From: Synechococcus sp. A15-28
GTDB taxonomy: Bacteria > Cyanobacteriota > Cyanobacteriia > PCC-6307 > Cyanobiaceae
DNA length: 32,000 nt
Reading direction: 5' to 3'
Assembly: GCF_014280175.1 (NCBI RefSeq)
Contig: NZ_CP047931.1
Location: 1,680,001-1,712,000 of the forward strand
Every line of letters starts with the position of its first letter. The first letter of the stretch is position 1. The notes beneath the pieces are model-generated. The model was not told the origin of the DNA. It saw only the letters and a program-made list of their open reading frames with translations, and ran no database searches. Of the stretch, positions 27,613 through 32,000 are shown in pieces. A program made the translations under genes and the position numbers.

Positions 27613-27837
27613 ATGATCAGATTGCTGGGCCTGAATGCCGATGAAATCAACTTTGCTTTGCGGTCCTTCGCCGCAAAAGTTGTTCTGTTCTGGTTGGTTG
27701 AACTGCTGATCTGCAATTTGGACCACAAACGTGCAATTTGTGCTGTTGTTGGACGAGGTTTTCTCCCCTGTCTTTTCAGTTTTGCCGTTATGGATTGGCT
27801 GATCATTCCCCGAATGCGACGCAGACTCAGGAAGTGA
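27613..27837 (+). CDS. Hypothetical small protein with hydrophobic segments
   Basis: 74 aa ORF. Confidence 0.4.
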   Translation: MIRLLGLNADEINFALRSFAAKVVLFWLVELLICNLDHKRAICAVVGRGFLPCLFSFAVMDWLIIPRMRRRLRK

Positions 27838-27948
27838 TCCTGGACGTACGCCCATGTCAATTGAAACCTTGGAGCAAATCGTGGCTGTGCTGGTCACAGC
27901 AGGGCTCGTCGCGGGAAATTTCCTGATGTTCACCCCCTGGCGCGATGG

Positions 27949-28254
27949 TCAGGACCCGCGTGAGCTATCGGCGAAATGGGATGTGACCAAGCCCTGCAAA
28001 AGCTTGAGTGACTCCAGAACCTCCAAGCGTTTCTGGGCCTGAGCCAGCATCGGCTTGCCGTGGGGGACGCAGGACTCAATCAGGGATGCCGCCTCCGAAG
28101 CTTCCGCCTTGACCCAGCTCAAGCAGCGATCAATCTGCTGCGCCACATCCCCCTCATGGAGAGCTCCGGCGTAGTTCGGTCCGGCGATGGCCAGAAGCAA
28201 CGTCCTGACGGCCTGCTCGGTGGTTTCCTGAGTCGGGTTGAAAGAGTCAGTCAT
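27949..28254 (-). CDS. Hypothetical conserved protein
   Basis: MTDSFNPTQETTEQAVRTLLLAIAGPNYAGALHEGDVAQQIDRCLSWVKAEASEAAS...; start at 28254 overlaps the end of the upstream gene by 8 nt. Confidence 0.6.
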   Translation of the reverse strand: MTDSFNPTQETTEQAVRTLLLAIAGPNYAGALHEGDVAQQIDRCLSWVKAEASEAASLIESCVPHGKPMLAQAQKRLEVLESLKLLQGLVTSHFADSSRGS

Positions 28255-28477
28255 CAAACACCGTGATGCCACTGGCCTGTTCTTCGAGATGGGCCGCTCG
28301 ATCCAGCACCGCCTTGAGCACCTCCTCCGCGGCTGGATCCAGCCGGAGTTGCTGCAGGGTGAAGGCCACATCCCGCGTTGAGGTCAAAACTGCCGGTGAA
28401 ACCTGTTCGAGGGGAATGGCCGGCCCTCGGCGGCGGCGTTTCGTGTGCTCGGCCTGCGTCCCCGCATCCTTTGCCAT
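28247..28477 (-). CDS. Hypothetical conserved protein
   Basis: MAKDAGTQAEHTKRRRRGPAIPLEQVSPAVLTSTRDVAFTLQQLRLDPAAEEVLKAVLDRAAHLEEQASGITVFDD; start refined to 28477. Confidence 0.6.
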   Translation of the reverse strand: MAKDAGTQAEHTKRRRRGPAIPLEQVSPAVLTSTRDVAFTLQQLRLDPAAEEVLKAVLDRAAHLEEQASGITVFDD

Positions 28478-28562
28478 CCCCACTTCAGCCAATACATCAA
28501 TTATGACCCTTGTCCAAATGTGTCCTCGAGCACAGAAGGTGGCACAGTGATGGGAATGGATC

Positions 28563-28727
28563 ATGAACCGAATGATGCTGAGCAGCCCTGCGTCGGAAAC
28601 GCGCCAGTGCAGCAACTGCGGAAAAACGCTTTCGCTCAATTTCTTCGCACTGGACACCCGAGAATGCAGGCGCTGTGAAGCACAGCGGAACAGCCAGATG
28701 GAAGAAGCCCTCCAGCAGTCGGCCTAG
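28563..28727 (+). CDS. Small zinc-finger-like protein
   Basis: 54 aa MNRMMLSSPASETRQCSNCGKTLSLNFFALDTRECRRCEAQRNSQMEEALQQSA*; paired CxxC motifs; absent from ORF track. Confidence 0.65.
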   Translation: MNRMMLSSPASETRQCSNCGKTLSLNFFALDTRECRRCEAQRNSQMEEALQQSA

Positions 28728-30091
28728 AGCCCCTCGAAGACCGTGAACAGAGCGTGGCGTTGCAGATCCAGATCACTGACTCCTGGAAGCTGCGCCACCA
28801 CCCGACCATCAACCAACACCTGGCTGCCATCTCCACTGGAATCGAGCGTCACGGCAGTGGAGTCGACATCGAACACCAGCCGATCCTTGCGTCTGTGGAA
28901 GTCGGTGACCTCCACAAAGGCACCGGCTTGAGCTGAAATCCAGAACTGATCCCTCCCTTTGCCGCCGGTGACCCGGTTGCCACGGCCACCTCCGGCAACC
29001 AACACATCAGAACCTTTTTTTCCCTTCAGCCGATTGTCAGCTTCGTTGCCAATCAGGAGATCATCTCCCTTTCCTCCGATGGCAATTTCAATCACACAAA
29101 GCCCTGCAGGCTGGCCGAGGTTGGTGCCATCCCAGTCGTGCGCGATGGTGAAACCACCGAAGACACCGTCAACGCGGCTGACGTACCCGCCGGCATTGAC
29201 GTCTTCGCCGAGGGTCGCGTTGCGCAGATCGATGGTGACTGGAGCTGTGGCACCAGCGGCTGTGATGCGGTCCACCCCGCCGGTATCCCAGATCGAACGC
29301 CAGCCTGTTCCCTCACGGTTTTCCAAAGGCAAGACATAGGTGTCGTTGGCGGAGGCAGCGTTAGAATTGACTCCGTACATCCATTGCAAGGCAGCAATGT
29401 CCAGTGCCCCAGGCGTCTGAAGAAAGCCGTAGGCCTCCTTGGATTGCGGGACAATTCCATTTCGGGCCCCCTGGTCGACGTAGCTGAGCTGAGTGAAGGG
29501 GTGGGCGTTCTGATCGAAATCGCCTTTGTCGCGAAACTCGTTCGACTTGCGCGTTAACCCAGGGAAGCGGGGCTGATCAAGCAGGCCTTTGTCGTGAGGA
29601 TGCTTCAGGCCGACGGCATGAGAAAGCTCATGCAGAAACGTGATCCCGTAAAAGCTGCCGGAGGCAATCGAATCTTTGAAGCTGCCATCAGCGTTCTGGT
29701 AGGTCGACCAGTTGATGGCCACCAACCCCTCATCCGAGTCGCTGCCGGGGGTGTATGCAAAGCCGTAACTGTCGTCCGACTCCCGTTTGTCGAGGTTGTA
29801 GTACCAGATCTCCACATCATCGTCGTTGTCATCACCGCGATCGGTGAACTGAAGGGCACACACCGCTGAAATCTCAGCCATGGCCTGCTCCATCAGCTGA
29901 CGTTCTTCGTCGCTCCAGCCCCAGGAGGGGTAGCCCCCAAATTCGCCACCCTGGAGTGCAGAAGTATCGCTGATGAAGGTGTAGCCGACAGCAGGATCGA
30001 TGGTCGACGTTCCCCAGCGGTAGCCGTCCGTCAGCCCATCAATCCAGGCATTGCCTGACCGTGGCACTTCAATCGCAGTTTGGTAAGCCAA
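28724..30091 (-). CDS. Serralysin-like (M10) secreted metalloprotease with RTX-like C-terminal repeats
   Basis: 455 aa; HELSHAVGLKH (HExxHxxGxxH) zinc site; GGKGDDLLIGNEADNRLKGKKGSDVLVAGGGRGNRVTGGKGRDQF. Confidence 0.88.
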   Translation of the reverse strand: MAYQTAIEVPRSGNAWIDGLTDGYRWGTSTIDPAVGYTFISDTSALQGGEFGGYPSWGWSDEERQLMEQAMAEISAVCALQFTDRGDDNDDDVEIWYYNLDKRESDDSYGFAYTPGSDSDEGLVAINWSTYQNADGSFKDSIASGSFYGITFLHELSHAVGLKHPHDKGLLDQPRFPGLTRKSNEFRDKGDFDQNAHPFTQLSYVDQGARNGIVPQSKEAYGFLQTPGALDIAALQWMYGVNSNAASANDTYVLPLENREGTGWRSIWDTGGVDRITAAGATAPVTIDLRNATLGEDVNAGGYVSRVDGVFGGFTIAHDWDGTNLGQPAGLCVIEIAIGGKGDDLLIGNEADNRLKGKKGSDVLVAGGGRGNRVTGGKGRDQFWISAQAGAFVEVTDFHRRKDRLVFDVDSTAVTLDSSGDGSQVLVDGRVVAQLPGVSDLDLQRHALFTVFEGL

Positions 30092-30181
30092 GAGTGAGCC
30101 GAAGAACTTGGTGTCGATTTAGTGCCAGAGCCAACAGCAACCCGCACGACACGACATCATCTTGGCAATACACCTGCTGCC

Positions 30182-30976
30182 ATGCAGACCCCCCGTTCAA
30201 TCAACGACCCTTCCACTGGTTTGGTGAGTCTGGTCGCCATTCTGCTGAGCGTGCTGCTGCTTCTGGGTCAGTCCCTGTTCATTGTTCCCGCTGGGCAGGT
30301 TGCGGTGGTCACCACCCTTGGCAAGGTGAGTGGAGGATCACGTCTGCCCGGCTTGAATTTGAAGATCCCCTTCGTGCAAGCGGTGTCTGGCTTCGATGTC
30401 CGCACACAGGTGAGGCCTGAGGAATTCGCCACCCTGACGAAGGATCTCCAGGTGATCGAAGCCACGGCAACCGTGAAATACGCCGTTCGCCCCGACGAGG
30501 CCGGTCGAATCTTTCGCACCATCGCCGGCAACGATCGTGAGATTTACCCCCGCATCATTCAGCCCTCGCTGCTGAAGGCTCTCAAGTCGGTGTTTTCGCA
30601 GTACGAGCTGGTGACAATCGCCACGGAGTGGAACGACATCTCATCATTGGTCGAACGCACGGTGGCTGAGGAACTCGACAAGTTCGATTACGTGGACGTG
30701 CGTGGCCTCGATCTCACGGGTCTGCAAATCGCCGAGGAATACAGAGCAGCCATCGAACAGAAGCAGATTGCCGAACAGCAGCTGCTGAGGGCTCAGACGG
30801 AAGTGAAGATCGCTGAGCAGGAAGCCATCCGTTACGACACGCTGAATCGCAGCCTGGACGAGCAGGTGCTGTTCAAGCTCTTCCTGGACAAATGGGACGG
30901 CCGTACGGAAGTGGTTCCGGCACTTCCCGGGACAACCGGAGGAATTCCTCCCGTCATCGTTGGTCGCAAGAGTTGA
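30182..30976 (+). CDS. SPFH/prohibitin family membrane protein
   Basis: N-terminal TM, PAGQVAVVTTLGKVSGGSRLPGLNLKIPFVQAV, VRGLDLTGLQIAEEYRAAIEQKQIAEQQLLRAQ; start at 30182 preferred. Confidence 0.88.
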   Translation: MQTPRSINDPSTGLVSLVAILLSVLLLLGQSLFIVPAGQVAVVTTLGKVSGGSRLPGLNLKIPFVQAVSGFDVRTQVRPEEFATLTKDLQVIEATATVKYAVRPDEAGRIFRTIAGNDREIYPRIIQPSLLKALKSVFSQYELVTIATEWNDISSLVERTVAEELDKFDYVDVRGLDLTGLQIAEEYRAAIEQKQIAEQQLLRAQTEVKIAEQEAIRYDTLNRSLDEQVLFKLFLDKWDGRTEVVPALPGTTGGIPPVIVGRKS

Positions 30977-32000
30977 AGATCTCTTAAATTTGACGGGCGA
31001 TCAACAACGTCTTTTAGAAGAATGCGATCGTCTTGACGAGCTTCATCGCAGTTACGACGGCGACGCCAGGCTGATCGCCACCCTCGGGCTGTTGGCTGAT
31101 AACGCCGCTGTGGTGATCGGAGCCATGGTGGTGGCACCCTGGATCCTCCCCCTCCGAGTCGCCGTCTTCGCCATCCTCGTCGGCGACTGGCGATTGCTTC
31201 CCCGTTCCGCCCTCACCCTGGTGGCAGTTGCCATCGTGACGGTGCTGCTGTCGATGTCACTTGGGCTGATCGCTCAGGCCAACGGCCTGTTGATCGTGGA
31301 TTCCTTCACGGGCGTGGATGACTTCACAGGGGAAATCCAAAGCCGATTAACGCCGACGCTCCTGGATCTCGGCATCGCCCTCGCCGCCGGCGCCATCGCC
31401 ACCTACGCGAAAGTCAACCCTGGTGCGGTGAGTTCCATGGCCGGAACGGCGATTGCCGTGGCCCTGGTTCCCCCGGTCTGCGTGATGGGGCTCATGCTGG
31501 CAGCGGGTGACTTCACAGACGCGCGGGGGGCCGGACTGCTCTATGCCGCCAACCTGCTGGGCATATTGATTGGGGGCATATTGATTGGGGGCATCTCGGT
31601 GCTGGCCATTCGGGAGCCCTATTTCCGAGACAAACTGCGCCGACAGCGACGTTCGCGGTTGCCGCTCCTGCTGGCCTTGGCTCTGGCCAGCTGGGTGGGT
31701 TCAAGCTCTATGGCCGCTATGAACAACACCTTTATGCCGTTAAACGGGACAACGCCAAGGTCAGGATCGAACAGGATATCAGCGCATATTTAAAGCAGCG
31801 AACCCAGATCTTCGGCAGCAATGACTCCCTGGAACTGGAAAACATTCTGTTTGACTGGCCGGATTACTGGAGCAGCAATCAAACGCCGAAAATTTTATTG
31901 GTCGTTCGCGTGACTAATCCGACCACCCCCAGTTACAAACAGGTTCAGATCATTCAAGACCGTATCAATAAAAGACTATGCGAGCAGTTTGACGGTCTGA
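30960..32000 (+). pseudogene. DUF389 family membrane protein, apparent frameshift near 31690..31703, continues past window end
   Basis: Frame from 30960 encodes LGLLADNAAVVIGAMVVAPWILPLR and PGAVSSMAGTAIAVALVPPVCVMG; after ~31700 the coherent product continues in the -1 frame (KLYGRYEQHLYAVKRDNAKVRIEQDISAYLKQR...), open to 32000. Confidence 0.6.

Overview
The window is a marine picocyanobacterial (Synechococcus-type) chromosome segment. Conserved core genes come first: yidC 3' end, DUF177/YceD, Ycf46-like AAA ATPase, serS, rseP, rpsN, pnp, cysQ-like (-), rsmI, small conserved proteins, and tRNA-Arg(UCU) at 11158..11231. A ~12.6 kb integrative element (about 11205..23832) sits in that tRNA gene. 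It has a tyrosine recombinase at its distal end, a compact replication module (DUF3987-type helicase/ATPase, primase-like protein, small putative DNA-binding protein), and an AT-rich cargo block. The cargo encodes a 1157-aa SF1 helicase with a C-terminal PLD-nuclease motif and zinc ribbon (resembling single-gene Mokosh type II anti-phage defence), an HNH endonuclease, a small-terminase-like protein, a TPR lipoprotein and several unknowns. This layout matches the tycheposon-like, phage-satellite-like elements described for Prochlorococcus/Synechococcus. The boundaries can be read directly: the tRNA 3' half and its terminator are duplicated at 23817..23904 with compensatory T-stem changes, and candidate integrase arm-site repeats (TGTGCGCAGAATTGTGCGCAGA) lie inside both ends. 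Downstream is a gene-sparse region of small cyanobacterial ORFs, a decayed terminase-like relic and repeated hairpins. It is followed by a serralysin-like metalloprotease (-), a prohibitin-family protein, and a DUF389 membrane protein with an apparent frameshift. All family assignments come from motif recognition by eye; no database search was run.
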